Positions 10,962 to 21,789 are shown, numbered from the stretch's first letter. The stretch: 64,000 nt of DNA from an uncultured bacterium (GCA_963845185.1 CAWJRG010000001.1:192001-256000); one strand, 5' to 3'. Numbers and translations: made by a program. The notes: generated from the letters alone by a model not told the origin.

Positions 10962-13070
10962 ATGAAAATTTTAGGCTATGAAGATGTTTTTAATTCACAA
11001 ACATGGGAAGAAATACAGACACAAATGGCCCAGCTACTTTGTATCGGCATACGTGTTGTCTCCGAAGACGGCAAGGTAAGCATTGAGCATGACTCATTAA
11101 AACCAGTTTGCTATTTATTTAAAGACTGTGAAAAAAACAAAAAAGCCTGCAAAGAATTCCATGACAATTACAAAGCCTCGGGCAACGATGTCCAACTGTG
11201 CCCGGGAATGATATACTGGTACAGCATGGAAACCGAATTTTTTTATAAAACTTTCAACCTCATAATCACCGCGCTTTCCGACAGAATCAATGATGACTTT
11301 GTGCGGCAATTGTCCGCTGATACCGGGATAGACACTGCCACAGTAAAATCTGTTTATTCTTCCCTCCCCTCGTATTCCGCTGAAAAAATAAAAGGATGGG
11401 CAAATTTTATAAAAATAATGTTCTCCAAAGTAATGGAACCGGCGATGCAGACAAGCATAATGTATCTGGCTGAAAAAGAAAAAGAAGAGGAAATAAACAA
11501 ACTAAAGAACCTGATGCATTCAAGCGCTGCAATAAACTCCACCAAAGACCTGCACCAGCTTCTTAGGATTATAGATGAAAGCACGGAAAAACTGATCAAT
11601 GCTGAAAAAAGCATAATTTTCCTGGCAGACCATGATATAGGCGAATTATACTATAACAGTGCAGGCACTGACAGGGATTCAATTGTTAAAACTACGCACA
11701 TAAAAATAGGCGAAGGAATCATGGGCACGGTCGTTCAAACCGGCATCTCCCTTATTGTAAACGAACTGGATAAAGAACCGCGTTTTATCGAAGCCGAACA
11801 GTTAAACGGCCTTGAAATAAAATCACTTATCTGTGTGCCTCTCAAAACAAGCGCAGGCATCATAGGCGTGATTAAAGCCGTAAACCAGGTTGACAGGAGT
11901 GGATTTTCATCAAACGACGTGGCTTTTTTGGAAGCGCTTGCGGCGCAGGCATCCATAGCAATAGAAAACGCCATTATATATGAAAACATGGAGGATGCCG
12001 CCTTTAAGCTGAACTACCAGCTAAAAAAAGCCAACTTAAATCTCGAGCTTGAAAAGCGCATGATAGAATCAATAATAAAAAACATGGAAGACGCGGTTAT
12101 CGCAATAAACAGAAACAGCAGGATAATTTTCCTTAATAAAAAAGCGGAAAAAATATTTCATTTAAAAGCCAAGGATGTTATTAATGCACCCGTCGAGTAT
12201 CATATAAAAAAATCTGACATAATCGGCGGCTTTCTTAAATCCGTCGAGACAAAATCCACCATAAAAATGGAATTTGTAATGCCTTTAAGCGAAGAAGACC
12301 ATGTTTTTGCCGCCGTGTTCGCGTCAATTATAGACGAGGAAGAAACATTTGCCGGCAGTGTTGCTGTTTTCAGGGACATAACTGAAGTTAAAAAGCTTGA
12401 CAACCTAAAAACCGAGTTTTTGAATATGATCGCGCACGAACTCAGGACTCCGCTCACCCCTATAATGGCTTATACGCAGCTACTGCTCATTAAGACCCTC
12501 ACAGAAGAAAAAGTAAAAAAATACGCCACCTTGATGTTCCGCGAAACCCAGAGAATGGGTAACATGCTAAACGACCTGCTTGACCTTTCAAGGATAGAAA
12601 GCGGCAAGGGATTAATTATGAATATAATCCCCACGGATTTAAAGCAGCTTGCTGAAAATGTCTACACTACTTTTAAGGATTCCTCGCCGAAGCACACAAT
12701 ATTGCTGGATGCCCCGGAAAATCTTTTGGTAAATGCCGACAGGGATAAAATGACCCAGGTATTGATAAACCTTCTTTCAAATGCCATGAAATACTCGCCC
12801 GACGGCGGTGAAATTAAAATAAGCCTGTATGACGGCGACGGCAACGCTTATATTTCCGTAAAAGATTCCGGCATCGGCATACCCGAGGACCTCATACCGA
12901 ATTTATTTGAAAAATTTTACAGGGTCCAGGATAAAAAAGTAAATAAAATACAGGGTACGGGCCTGGGACTTACAATAGTAAAAAAAATCATGGAATACCA
13001 TAAAGGCGGCATAAAGGTTGAAAGCACGGAAGGCAAAGGCTCCACTTTCACGGTTTATATGCCAAAATAA
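10962..13070 (+). CDS. Sensor histidine kinase (PocR-like, GAF, PAS, HisKA, HATPase)
   Basis: HELRTPL H-box, NLLSNAMKYS, DSGIGI, GTGLGL; GAF (SLICVPL...AIENA); Cys-containing PocR-like N-terminus; no TM helix. Confidence 0.9.
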   Translation: MKILGYEDVFNSQTWEEIQTQMAQLLCIGIRVVSEDGKVSIEHDSLKPVCYLFKDCEKNKKACKEFHDNYKASGNDVQLCPGMIYWYSMETEFFYKTFNLIITALSDRINDDFVRQLSADTGIDTATVKSVYSSLPSYSAEKIKGWANFIKIMFSKVMEPAMQTSIMYLAEKEKEEEINKLKNLMHSSAAINSTKDLHQLLRIIDESTEKLINAEKSIIFLADHDIGELYYNSAGTDRDSIVKTTHIKIGEGIMGTVVQTGISLIVNELDKEPRFIEAEQLNGLEIKSLICVPLKTSAGIIGVIKAVNQVDRSGFSSNDVAFLEALAAQASIAIENAIIYENMEDAAFKLNYQLKKANLNLELEKRMIESIIKNMEDAVIAINRNSRIIFLNKKAEKIFHLKAKDVINAPVEYHIKKSDIIGGFLKSVETKSTIKMEFVMPLSEEDHVFAAVFASIIDEEETFAGSVAVFRDITEVKKLDNLKTEFLNMIAHELRTPLTPIMAYTQLLLIKTLTEEKVKKYATLMFRETQRMGNMLNDLLDLSRIESGKGLIMNIIPTDLKQLAENVYTTFKDSSPKHTILLDAPENLLVNADRDKMTQVLINLLSNAMKYSPDGGEIKISLYDGDGNAYISVKDSGIGIPEDLIPNLFEKFYRVQDKKVNKIQGTGLGLTIVKKIMEYHKGGIKVESTEGKGSTFTVYMPK

Positions 13071-13078
13071 AAACGGAG

Positions 13079-13492
13079 GTGTTTATGTTAAAGACCAGAG
13101 GGACAGTACTTGTAGTTGATGATGAGCCCGGGATTGTATCGGCGCTCGTTGACACGCTTGAAGACGATTATACTGTTTTGACCGCGACAAACGGCAGGGA
13201 GGCTCTTGAAGTAATTGAAAAAACCCCGCCGCAACTTATTCTTCTGGATATTCAGATGCCTGAAATGGATGGGCTTCAGGTTATTGAGGAAATAAAAATA
13301 CGCCATCTCAATATCAAAATCCCCGTAATTTTGCTTACCGCAAAAGGCCAGATACAGGATGTGGAAAAAGGCTTAAAAGCAGGCGCTTATGCCTATATTG
13401 TCAAGCCTTTCCTGCCGGTAAGATTAATAGAGGAAGTCAACGAGGCTTTTGATAAACTCGAGATAAGAAAGCATATGAAAAAACCGAAGTAA
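13079..13492 (+). CDS. Single-domain response regulator (CheY-like)
   Basis: VVDDE, LLDIQMPEMDG, LTA, KPF. Confidence 0.9.
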   Translation: MFMLKTRGTVLVVDDEPGIVSALVDTLEDDYTVLTATNGREALEVIEKTPPQLILLDIQMPEMDGLQVIEEIKIRHLNIKIPVILLTAKGQIQDVEKGLKAGAYAYIVKPFLPVRLIEEVNEAFDKLEIRKHMKKPK

Positions 13493-13558
13493 CTATATTA
13501 TTGATTTTAGAGTATATAGGGTGTTGATTGATTTTCCTTGTTTTTATTGCTATTTTTT

Positions 13559-13590
13559 CACTCAACACTCGGCACTCAACACTCAGCACT
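13559..13590. repeat. Heptamer tandem repeat (CACTCRR)x4
   Basis: cactcaa cactcgg cactcaa cactcag cact between convergent genes. Confidence 0.6.
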
Positions 13591-13597
13591 TTTTTAT

Positions 13598-14236
13598 CTA
13601 GTCCATCGGCCCCGGAGGTTTTATACTGACTCTCCTGCCTTTTAAAACAAGTCGGTCCTGAAGGAATAGCTTTACCGCTTCCTTATACAGTTCATGCTCA
13701 AGCACAAGGACTTTTTTCTGCAGGGTTTCAGGAGTATCATCGTCTGCCACCGCAACGCTTTTCTGAAGAATTATAGGCCCGGTGTCCGCTTCATAATCCA
13801 CAAAATGCACGGTAGCGCCTGTTACCTTGGCCCCGTGCTCGATTACCGACTGGTGCACTTTTAAACCGTAATAACCTTTGCCCCCGAAAGAAGGCAAAAG
13901 CGCCGGGTGAATGTTTATTATCCTGCCGCTGAAATTGTCTATGAATGCTTTGGTCAGGATTTTCATGTATCCGGCAAGGCACACCAGGCAAACTCCGAAT
14001 TCGTTCATTTTCTGCGCCAGGTATGTATCGTATTCTTCCGGCGTCTTGAATGCCGCAGGGTCAAGATAAAGTGTCTTTATGCCGTGTTTTATTGCACGCT
14101 TAAGGGCATAAGCGTCCTTTTTATTGCTGAATACCACTTCTATAAGGCCGTCCTTTATATACTTTGATTCTACAGCGTCAATCAATGCCTGGAGGTTTGT
14201 GCCTCCGCCCGACGCGAACACCGCGAACTTTTTCAT
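13598..14236 (-). CDS. purN: Phosphoribosylglycinamide formyltransferase
   Basis: FASGGGTNLQA, LAGYMKIL, NIHPALLP, GATVHFV, DTGPII. Confidence 0.96.
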   Translation of the reverse strand: MKKFAVFASGGGTNLQALIDAVESKYIKDGLIEVVFSNKKDAYALKRAIKHGIKTLYLDPAAFKTPEEYDTYLAQKMNEFGVCLVCLAGYMKILTKAFIDNFSGRIINIHPALLPSFGGKGYYGLKVHQSVIEHGAKVTGATVHFVDYEADTGPIILQKSVAVADDDTPETLQKKVLVLEHELYKEAVKLFLQDRLVLKGRRVSIKPPGPMD

Positions 14237-14328
14237 TATTACTTTACCTCATTTTATCAATTTTTAATTTGATACTTATTTTCCTTCTCGTTGCACATCG
14301 CACGTGGCACCTATTTTCCATCCCACGT

Positions 14329-16233
14329 TTATTTCACTCTTTCCAGCATTTTCCCTATCTTCGGGTCATTCGTTTTATCTGCTTCTTTAGCTTTTAAAAG
14401 ATACTCTCTTGCGTTTATCCTGTCTTTCAGCAGGTAATAAGCGCAGCCCGCGTTATAATAATAATCTTTCTCCTGTTTTAAATCAATTGCTTTTTTATAT
14501 GTATCCACAGCTTCCTTGTATTTTTTTTGCAGCATATATATATTGCCGAGGTTGTTGTATAATGCCGCGTCCCTGTTGTCTTTTTCGATTTCCTGTACCA
14601 CGCACTTTTCCGCGCCTGCGTAATCCTGCCCCTGCACGTAAATCCACATGAGCTCGTTTAAAGCAGGCAGGAAATACGGGTCGGTTTTCAGCATTTTCAA
14701 ATACTCCTGCTTTGCCCTGTCATATTCGCCTATGCCGGATAAAATCGAGCCCTTTTTGTAATGAAGCAAGATAAAATCCGGCGCCATGGCCTCAAGCTCC
14801 TTGAATTTTTCAAGCGCCTTATCCGCGTTTTTCTTGTTATCGCTATCGTAATACGCGTTTGCCAGAAAATATTGTGCGTCGAGATTGTATTTTTCGAGTT
14901 TCACAGCTTCCTCATAACCGGCAATTGCCCTGCTCCAGTCCCCTGCCTTTGAAAAAGAAACAGCCCTGAAAAGGTAAATTGATGATTTATACTCCTTGAG
15001 CTGCCTGCCCATTGCAAATATGAAAAATAATATTCCAAGCGCAAACAGGAAATATTTTGCTTTTCCTTTTATTTCAAACTCTTTATCGCCCCCGTTTAAA
15101 ATTATGCCTGCATAAAACGCGAAAAACGCAGAAGAAGAAATATAATTAAGGTCCACCCCGAACAAATTTGTAGCAAGCAGCCCCGAAAACGCAGCTAAAA
15201 AATCTATTTTTCCCCTGCCCCTGCGCATGACAATGTATATAAGAAACAAAAATATTCCGAGCCCTATAATTCCAATATCGGACATGGCCTGTAATAATAT
15301 ATTTTCCGGCTGGGTCACTTCATAGCTGTGCTGCGACGCCCATTTCATTATTTCCATGGGCCTGTAAGACGGATACACAAGCGGGAAACTCCCGGGGCCT
15401 GTGCCAAAAAGCGGATTGTCTTTTATAATGTTTAACGTGCCTTTCCATGTGTAAACCCTGAAAAATATCGAGTCGTTTTTCATGAGCCTGTCTTTATTTA
15501 AAAATGCTGTGATTGCAATCACCATAACCAATGCAGCCAAAATTATTAAAGTTTTTTTCCAGGTTATTTTTTTGCTTAAAAACACTGCCAGAAATATTAT
15601 TATTTCTACCAGCAATCCAATAATGCCTGCCTTTGAGCCTGTTTTAAAAAGGCAGAATAAACTTACCAACAAAAACGCGGCTGCCAGAAACCTCTTTGCT
15701 CCCTTATTTTCCAGTATGAGCATAAAAATTACCGGGATTATTGCCGCTAAATACGCTGCAAAAAAATTCGGGTTGCCCAGCGTTGACGGCACCCTGTCCC
15801 CAAAAACCATAAGCTCACGCGTTGCCCCTGGTATGATTGCCTGAACAAGGCCGATAATGATTGCCGGCAATGAAGACAAAACTATTATGTCCCTGATGCT
15901 GTTTATGTCTATTTCCCTGATATTGGCAATTATAAAGAAAAATAGATAAAGGATAAGCGTTGTCTGCAAAACCTCAAACCCCCTGTATCCATATTTGCTT
16001 TGCAGGGTTGATGTAAGCATCCAGATAATAAAAGCAAGCGGTATAAAGGTTGTCTTTGAAACTTTTATTTCTTTTTGTAGGGAAAAAGCAATAAAAATAA
16101 AGAACACTGCAAGAGTAAATATTATGATTTTTATATAAATGCAATCGTATGCCTTTGGCGAAAACGCCAGCGGCATGATAGTGAACAGGAACAAAAGTAT
16201 GATGCGGACTATTTTATTGGCTTTAGTTTCCAT
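14329..16233 (-). CDS. O-antigen ligase (Wzy_C)-family membrane protein with C-terminal TPRs
   Basis: Multiple TM helices, STLGNPNFFAAY, R...W...GTGPGSF; TPR tail. Confidence 0.8.
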   Translation of the reverse strand: METKANKIVRIILLFLFTIMPLAFSPKAYDCIYIKIIIFTLAVFFIFIAFSLQKEIKVSKTTFIPLAFIIWMLTSTLQSKYGYRGFEVLQTTLILYLFFFIIANIREIDINSIRDIIVLSSLPAIIIGLVQAIIPGATRELMVFGDRVPSTLGNPNFFAAYLAAIIPVIFMLILENKGAKRFLAAAFLLVSLFCLFKTGSKAGIIGLLVEIIIFLAVFLSKKITWKKTLIILAALVMVIAITAFLNKDRLMKNDSIFFRVYTWKGTLNIIKDNPLFGTGPGSFPLVYPSYRPMEIMKWASQHSYEVTQPENILLQAMSDIGIIGLGIFLFLIYIVMRRGRGKIDFLAAFSGLLATNLFGVDLNYISSSAFFAFYAGIILNGGDKEFEIKGKAKYFLFALGILFFIFAMGRQLKEYKSSIYLFRAVSFSKAGDWSRAIAGYEEAVKLEKYNLDAQYFLANAYYDSDNKKNADKALEKFKELEAMAPDFILLHYKKGSILSGIGEYDRAKQEYLKMLKTDPYFLPALNELMWIYVQGQDYAGAEKCVVQEIEKDNRDAALYNNLGNIYMLQKKYKEAVDTYKKAIDLKQEKDYYYNAGCAYYLLKDRINAREYLLKAKEADKTNDPKIGKMLERVK

Positions 16234-16274
16234 TTGTCCTTACCGTCATGGTTTCCTGCAGTTTTTTCATTCTC

Positions 16275-16309
16275 TCCCCCTTAACAAGGGGGAACTGAAG
16301 GGGGTTTGC
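16275..16309. repeat. CCCCCTT..AAGGGGG palindrome (repeat family 2)
   Basis: tcccccttaacaaggggga...gggggtttgc; related copies at 22732, 22849, 23734, 30321 and 31479. Confidence 0.7.
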
Positions 16310-16375
16310 TATGATAGCGTTTACTTTATATACTCTATTTTACTTCCTTTCATTGAAAATTGAAAATTCTTAACT

Positions 16376-16470
16376 CATAGCGTTTGTTTTGTCAAGCCGA
16401 AGGCGCTGGCAAAACATTACGCTATGAAGTACCCGTTCAAGTTTTGAGCTTGCGAAAGACAAGCGGTATT
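16376..16470. repeat. Double-hairpin element, copy 1 (repeat family 3)
   Basis: atagcgt...gccgaaggc...acgctat followed by tacccg...cggta; homologous to 22575..22672 and 33634..33736. Confidence 0.75.
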
Positions 16471-16476
16471 GATAAT

Positions 16477-17970
16477 TTACTTCACTACCGCCATTTTTCC
16501 CCACGCTTTTTTCTTTGTCTTTCCGTCCGCTGCCTCGATGCTGTAAATAAATACTCCGCTTGCCACTGTCTTGCCGGATTTATTGTTTCTGTCCCAGTAA
16601 ATGCTGTTCATGCCAGGCTGACCCTGCTGCTGGATTTCTTTGACAACTTCACCGCTTATTGTGTATATTTTTACATTTACCTGCGCCTCATCGCATAGCT
16701 GGTAGATTATGTTTGTGCCGTTTGAGCATGGGTTCGGCGAATTCTTGTATAAAGTCAGGCAAAGCGGCGGCGGCGGTGTAAGTGTTATTGTAAAAGTGCA
16801 CGTTATGCTTGGCGTGGGTGTTATTGTTGCTGAAACTGTATTCGTCGGCGATATTGTAAATGTAGGTGTCGCCGTCGCAGTTTCAGTGCATGTTACGTTT
16901 GGCGTTAATGTCATTGTAGAAGACGCTATTATAGTTGGCGTAGGACTGCCGCAAGGGCCGAATTCCTGGATGCTATCATGAAGTGTGTCCGCAACATACA
17001 CATCCCCGCTGCTGTCAACTGCTATTCCTTGAGGAGACTCAAACTCCCCATCACCGATTCCAAAACTGCCCCATTGGGTTATATATGTACCCGAACTGCT
17101 GAATTCCTGGATTCTTTCATTATCCGTGTCTACAACATAAACATCACCGCTGCTGTCTATTGCTATTCCTATGGAGTTATTAAAATCAAACTGCCCGTTG
17201 CCGGTTCCAGCGCTGCCCCACTGGGTTATATATGCGCCTGAGCTGCTGAATTCCTGGATTCTATTATTATGCCAATCCGTAACATATACATCCCCGCTGC
17301 TGGATACTGCCACTCCCTCAGGCCCGTTAAACTGCCCGTTGCCGGTTCCAGCGCTGCCCCACTGGGTTATATATGCGCCCGTACTGCTGAATTCTTCGAT
17401 TCTGTTATTTTCAGTATCTGCAACATACACGTCCCCATTGCTGTTTATTGCTATGCCGATAGGCCCCCCCTCATACGCATCGTTTCCAAACTGCCCGTTG
17501 CCGGTTCCAGGGCCGCTGCCCCATTGGGTTAAATACGTCCCTGTACTGCTGAATTCTTCGATTCTATAATTCCACCAGTCTGTAACATACACGTCTCCGC
17601 TGCTATCCACAGCTACTCCAAAAGAGTCATTAAACTGCCCGTTGCCACTTCCCTGACTGCCCCATTGGGTTATATATGTACCTGTATTGCTGAATTCTTC
17701 TATTCTGTAATTACCCTCGTCTGCAACATACACATCACCGCTGCTGTCTATTGCTACTCCTTCAGGCGTATTAAACTGCCCGTTGCCGGTTCCAGGAGTT
17801 GGAGAATACCAGATACTGCCCCATGCCCTGATAAAGCAGGGCGGCGAGTCAGCTAAGGCATGGGAATTTATTATGAAGAAAACAAATAAAAGAAACAGGA
17901 AATATTTTAATGATTTTGTCCAGCTTCTCTGTTTCTGTACTCCAGAAAAACTTTTTATCCGCATTTTCAT
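16477..17970 (-). CDS. Secreted NHL-repeat beta-propeller protein with Thr-rich linker and FlgD-Ig-like C-terminal domain
   Basis: Signal peptide; six GxGNGQF..P.G.A.DSSGDVYV.D..N.RI repeats; SPNP...VKIYTISG...WD...VASGVFIY tail. Confidence 0.85.
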   Translation of the reverse strand: MKMRIKSFSGVQKQRSWTKSLKYFLFLLFVFFIINSHALADSPPCFIRAWGSIWYSPTPGTGNGQFNTPEGVAIDSSGDVYVADEGNYRIEEFSNTGTYITQWGSQGSGNGQFNDSFGVAVDSSGDVYVTDWWNYRIEEFSSTGTYLTQWGSGPGTGNGQFGNDAYEGGPIGIAINSNGDVYVADTENNRIEEFSSTGAYITQWGSAGTGNGQFNGPEGVAVSSSGDVYVTDWHNNRIQEFSSSGAYITQWGSAGTGNGQFDFNNSIGIAIDSSGDVYVVDTDNERIQEFSSSGTYITQWGSFGIGDGEFESPQGIAVDSSGDVYVADTLHDSIQEFGPCGSPTPTIIASSTMTLTPNVTCTETATATPTFTISPTNTVSATITPTPSITCTFTITLTPPPPLCLTLYKNSPNPCSNGTNIIYQLCDEAQVNVKIYTISGEVVKEIQQQGQPGMNSIYWDRNNKSGKTVASGVFIYSIEAADGKTKKKAWGKMAVVK

Positions 17971-18088
17971 CCCTCAATTAAAGCAATTGTCAACCTTGAA
18001 CCGCTCATTATCACTCGGGTACAGGGTAAAAATTCTCAATTCCCAATTTTCAATTAAAATCAAACCATATATATTATATCATATTTTT
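17862..18088. repeat. Duplicated leader / signal-peptide / promoter block of the two NHL genes
   Basis: Near-identical to 21584..21785 plus 22436..22486; contains minus-strand TGaTATAAT (extended -10). Confidence 0.85.
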
Positions 18089-18143
18089 AGCAGATGAGCC
18101 ACGCTCATGCCTTAAATATCGTTCCAAGGCCATGCAACTAGAT

Positions 18144-21100
18144 TTATTTTAATATAACAATCGTATCTGTCTTGGACCTTGCCTTGATCCCGCCTTTTTC
18201 CCCAATTACCGCATAATAATACGTCCCTGAGCTAAGGCCGTTAAGCACTTTGCTATCGCATGTCAGAATGACTCCGCTTGCTGCTTGTTCCACATTCTGC
18301 CCGGTTCCCTCAAATGTCTCTTCCCTTATCAGCCTGTACGCTGCTGTATATATTTTCAGCGTTATGTTGTCTATATTACCCGGCGTAATATCCACCATAA
18401 TTTTTAACGGCACTATTGCCGGATTGACAGGGTTCGGATACGGCATTACATGGGCTATTACCGGTGTCCCTGCAGGCGCCGCTATAGTTGCCGTAGGTGT
18501 AATTATATAGGTGCATGTCAAGGTTAACATTTGCGTAAAGGTATACGTTGGTGTGAATGTCAGCGTTTTTGTACATGTCGGCGACATGGTAAATGTTGAT
18601 GTAGATGTAAACGTCAATGTCAATGTCAGAGTGGTCGTAGCAGAAAATGTGGATGTTGTTGTCAGAGTCTTCGATATTGCTGGAGAAACCGTCACGGTCG
18701 GCGGCGTCCCGGTTATAGTCGGCGTAGGGCTTCCGCACGCGCCGAATTCCTGGATTCTGTTATTACCCAAGTCTACAACGTACACATTCCCGTTGCTGTC
18801 CACTGCCACTCCTTGAGGAGAAGAAAATTGCCCATTGCCGCTTCCGCCGCTGCCCCATTGTGTGATATATGTCCCCGAACTGCTGAATTCTTCAATTCTG
18901 TTATTACCCGAGTCTGCAACATACACATTTCCGCTGCTGTCAACTGCCACTCCTTCAGGTTGGTTAAGCTGCCCGGGGCCACTCCCGGAACTCCCCCATT
19001 GCGTTAAATATGTTCCTGTGCTGCTGAATTCCTGGATTCTGTTATTAGCATAGTCTGCGACATACACGTTTCCGTTGCTGTCTAATGCCACTCCAGTAGG
19101 GCCATTAAACTGCCCGTTACCGGTTCCAAAACTCCCCCATTGCGTTATATATGAGTGTGTATAGGGGGTGAATTCCTGAATCCTGTTATTACCATTATCT
19201 ACTACATATACGTTTCCGCTGCTATCAACGGCTATCCCAATAGGCCCATTAAACAGCCCGAGGTAACTTCCGAAAGCACCCCATTGTGTTATATATCCCC
19301 CTGTACTGATGAATTCTTGTATCCTGTTATTTGTCAAATCTGAAACATTCACGTTTCCGCTGCTGTCTATTGCTATTCCAACAGGATCATTAAACTGCCC
19401 GAAGCCGGTCCCTGAAACACCCCATTGCATGATATATGCGCCCGAACTGCTGAATTCCTGGATCCTGTTATTACCGCTGTCCACGGCATATACGTTCCCA
19501 CTGCTGGATACTGCTACTCCATGAGGGTTATTAAACTGCCCGTTGCCGGTTCCGGCACTTCCCCAGCTGCGGATAAAACACGGCGGCGGTCCGGATACTA
19601 AAGTTGCAGTATAAGTCGGTGTAATCGTAAACGTGCCTGACGGTGTTATTGTAGCTGTAAACGTCAAGGTCAATGTTATTGTCGGGGTCTGCGTTATTGT
19701 CGGAGAAACCGTCACAGTCGGCGGCGTCCCGGTTATAGTCAAGGTAAATGTTGATGTAGGTGTAAACGTCAAGGCCAATGTCGGGGTTGGCGTCGCAGAT
19801 AATGTGAATGTTATTGTCAGGGTTGGCGTCGTAGATAATGACAATGTCCGCGTCGGCGATGCCGTTAAGAACCCTATGTTTACTGTTTGCGTTGGTGTAG
19901 CTGTAAAAGAAGGTGTATCTGTGCATGAAGGCGTCGGCGAAATGGTTAATAGCCCTATGTTTATTGTCTGCGTGGGCGAAACTGTGAATGACGGCGTAGG
20001 CGTATAGGTTGATGGCGGGCATGCGTCGGACAGGAGTACTGTAGCCACCACAGACGGCATTCCGTTAAAAGCAACAGACACGGCGTTGTGCCAGCTGCAT
20101 GTGTTGTTTGACGTGGCGTTCCCCAATTCCATCTGCCAGGTTAAGCATCCTGTAAATCCGCTACTGGCAGGTACTAATATGAGTTGTGCAGATCCAACAC
20201 CATATGATTTCCAATAAGAAGATATCCCGGATCCCATGAGGGGGGAATCCGCGAACTGCCACTGGTCCGCCAGTCCACTTGACCAGTCGTCATATACTGT
20301 AATATCCTGTCCCGGGGAGCCGCCGGTGTTGCAAATCACCACAGTAAAAGTAAGCTGGTCCGATAAAACAATGTTATTGGTCTTGTTTGATGTCTTTTGT
20401 ACGCTGAAAGTGGGTTGAAGCGACGGCGTCGGCGACGTCGTTAAAAACACTATATTTGTTGTGGGCGACGGAGTGAATGTGCTGGTGGGAGTAGACGTCA
20501 CGGTAAATGTACTGGTCGGCGTCGCAAATGATGTCAATGTTATTGTCGGAGTCTGCGTTATTGTTGGAGAAAACGTCAAAGTCGGCGGCGTCCCGGTTAC
20601 TGTCACGGTAAGTGTCGGCGTATTTGTGCTTGTCGGCGATGCTGAATAAGTGGGCGATATGGTATAAGTCGGTGTAGAGGATACCACCATGGTCTGCGTA
20701 GGGCTTCCGCACGCGCCGAAATCCTGGATTGTATTGATATCATAGTCCGCAACATACACATTTCCTGAGCTGTCTACTGCTATCCCCTGCGGACTCACAA
20801 ACTGCCCGTTGCCAGTTCCAAAACTACCCCATTGTGTTATATATGTGCCGGTGCTGCTGAATACCTGAATTCTGCTGTTATCCATGTCTGTAACATATAC
20901 ATCTCCGCTGCTGTCTAATGCTATCCCTACAGGGGTATCAAACTGCCCGTTGCCAGTTCCTGGATTATTATATGAACTGCCCCATTGGGTTATGTATGTG
21001 CCTGTATTGCTGAATTCCTGGATCCTGTTGTTATTTGAATCCGCAACATACACCCCGTTGCCGTCTGCCGCCACTCCATTAGGGTTATTAAACTGCCCGG

Positions 21101-21692
21101 TGCCGCTTCCGGAAGTCCCCCATTGCATTATATATATTCCTGTACTGCTGAATTTTTGGATCCTGAAATTACTTTGGTCCGCAACATATACGTTGCCGCT
21201 GCTGTCCACAGCTATTCCAATAGGACCAATAAACTGCCCGTTGCCGCTTCCTTTACTGCCCCATTGCGTGATATATGTTCCGTTACTGCTGAATACCTGG
21301 ATTCTTTCATTATTATTGTCCGCGACATACACGTTTCCGCTGCTGTCTAATGCCAATACCTGGGGATAATTAAATTGCCCGTTGCCGGTTCCCGGACTGC
21401 CCCATTGTGTTATATACGCTCCTGTATCACTGAATTCCTGTATCCTGTTATTCTGCGTGTCCGCAACATACACGTTTCTGCTGCTGTTAACTGCTACTCC
21501 TATAGGGCCGATAAACTGGCTATTGCCGTTTCCATTACTGCCCCATTGCGTAATATAACAAGGTGGTAAATCTGCCAGGGCACGGGAATTTATTACGAAG
21601 AAAACAAATAAAAGAAACAGGAAATATTTTATTGATTTTGTCCAGCTTCTCTGTTTCTGTACTCCAGAAAAACTTTTTATCCGCATTTTCAT
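18144..21692 (-). CDS. Large secreted protein: two NHL propellers, Thr-rich linkers, central DUF11-like domain, PYPNP-type C-terminal domain
   Basis: Two sets of six NHL repeats, long TPT/TxT tracts, near-identical signal peptide to 16477..17970. Confidence 0.85.
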   Translation of the reverse strand: MKMRIKSFSGVQKQRSWTKSIKYFLFLLFVFFVINSRALADLPPCYITQWGSNGNGNSQFIGPIGVAVNSSRNVYVADTQNNRIQEFSDTGAYITQWGSPGTGNGQFNYPQVLALDSSGNVYVADNNNERIQVFSSNGTYITQWGSKGSGNGQFIGPIGIAVDSSGNVYVADQSNFRIQKFSSTGIYIMQWGTSGSGTGQFNNPNGVAADGNGVYVADSNNNRIQEFSNTGTYITQWGSSYNNPGTGNGQFDTPVGIALDSSGDVYVTDMDNSRIQVFSSTGTYITQWGSFGTGNGQFVSPQGIAVDSSGNVYVADYDINTIQDFGACGSPTQTMVVSSTPTYTISPTYSASPTSTNTPTLTVTVTGTPPTLTFSPTITQTPTITLTSFATPTSTFTVTSTPTSTFTPSPTTNIVFLTTSPTPSLQPTFSVQKTSNKTNNIVLSDQLTFTVVICNTGGSPGQDITVYDDWSSGLADQWQFADSPLMGSGISSYWKSYGVGSAQLILVPASSGFTGCLTWQMELGNATSNNTCSWHNAVSVAFNGMPSVVATVLLSDACPPSTYTPTPSFTVSPTQTINIGLLTISPTPSCTDTPSFTATPTQTVNIGFLTASPTRTLSLSTTPTLTITFTLSATPTPTLALTFTPTSTFTLTITGTPPTVTVSPTITQTPTITLTLTFTATITPSGTFTITPTYTATLVSGPPPCFIRSWGSAGTGNGQFNNPHGVAVSSSGNVYAVDSGNNRIQEFSSSGAYIMQWGVSGTGFGQFNDPVGIAIDSSGNVNVSDLTNNRIQEFISTGGYITQWGAFGSYLGLFNGPIGIAVDSSGNVYVVDNGNNRIQEFTPYTHSYITQWGSFGTGNGQFNGPTGVALDSNGNVYVADYANNRIQEFSSTGTYLTQWGSSGSGPGQLNQPEGVAVDSSGNVYVADSGNNRIEEFSSSGTYITQWGSGGSGNGQFSSPQGVAVDSNGNVYVVDLGNNRIQEFGACGSPTPTITGTPPTVTVSPAISKTLTTTSTFSATTTLTLTLTFTSTSTFTMSPTCTKTLTFTPTYTFTQMLTLTCTYIITPTATIAAPAGTPVIAHVMPYPNPVNPAIVPLKIMVDITPGNIDNITLKIYTAAYRLIREETFEGTGQNVEQAASGVILTCDSKVLNGLSSGTYYYAVIGEKGGIKARSKTDTIVILK

Positions 21693-21789
21693 CCCTCAAT
21701 TAAAGCAATTGTCAACCTTGAACCGCTCATTATCACTCGGGTACAGGGTAAAAATTCTCAATTCCCAATTTTCAATTAAAATCAATTAC

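Noticed and set aside
17971..18035. Known riboswitch in the duplicated NHL leader
   Set aside because: Only weak hairpins and no aptamer consensus I recognise; identity between copies is explained by recent duplication
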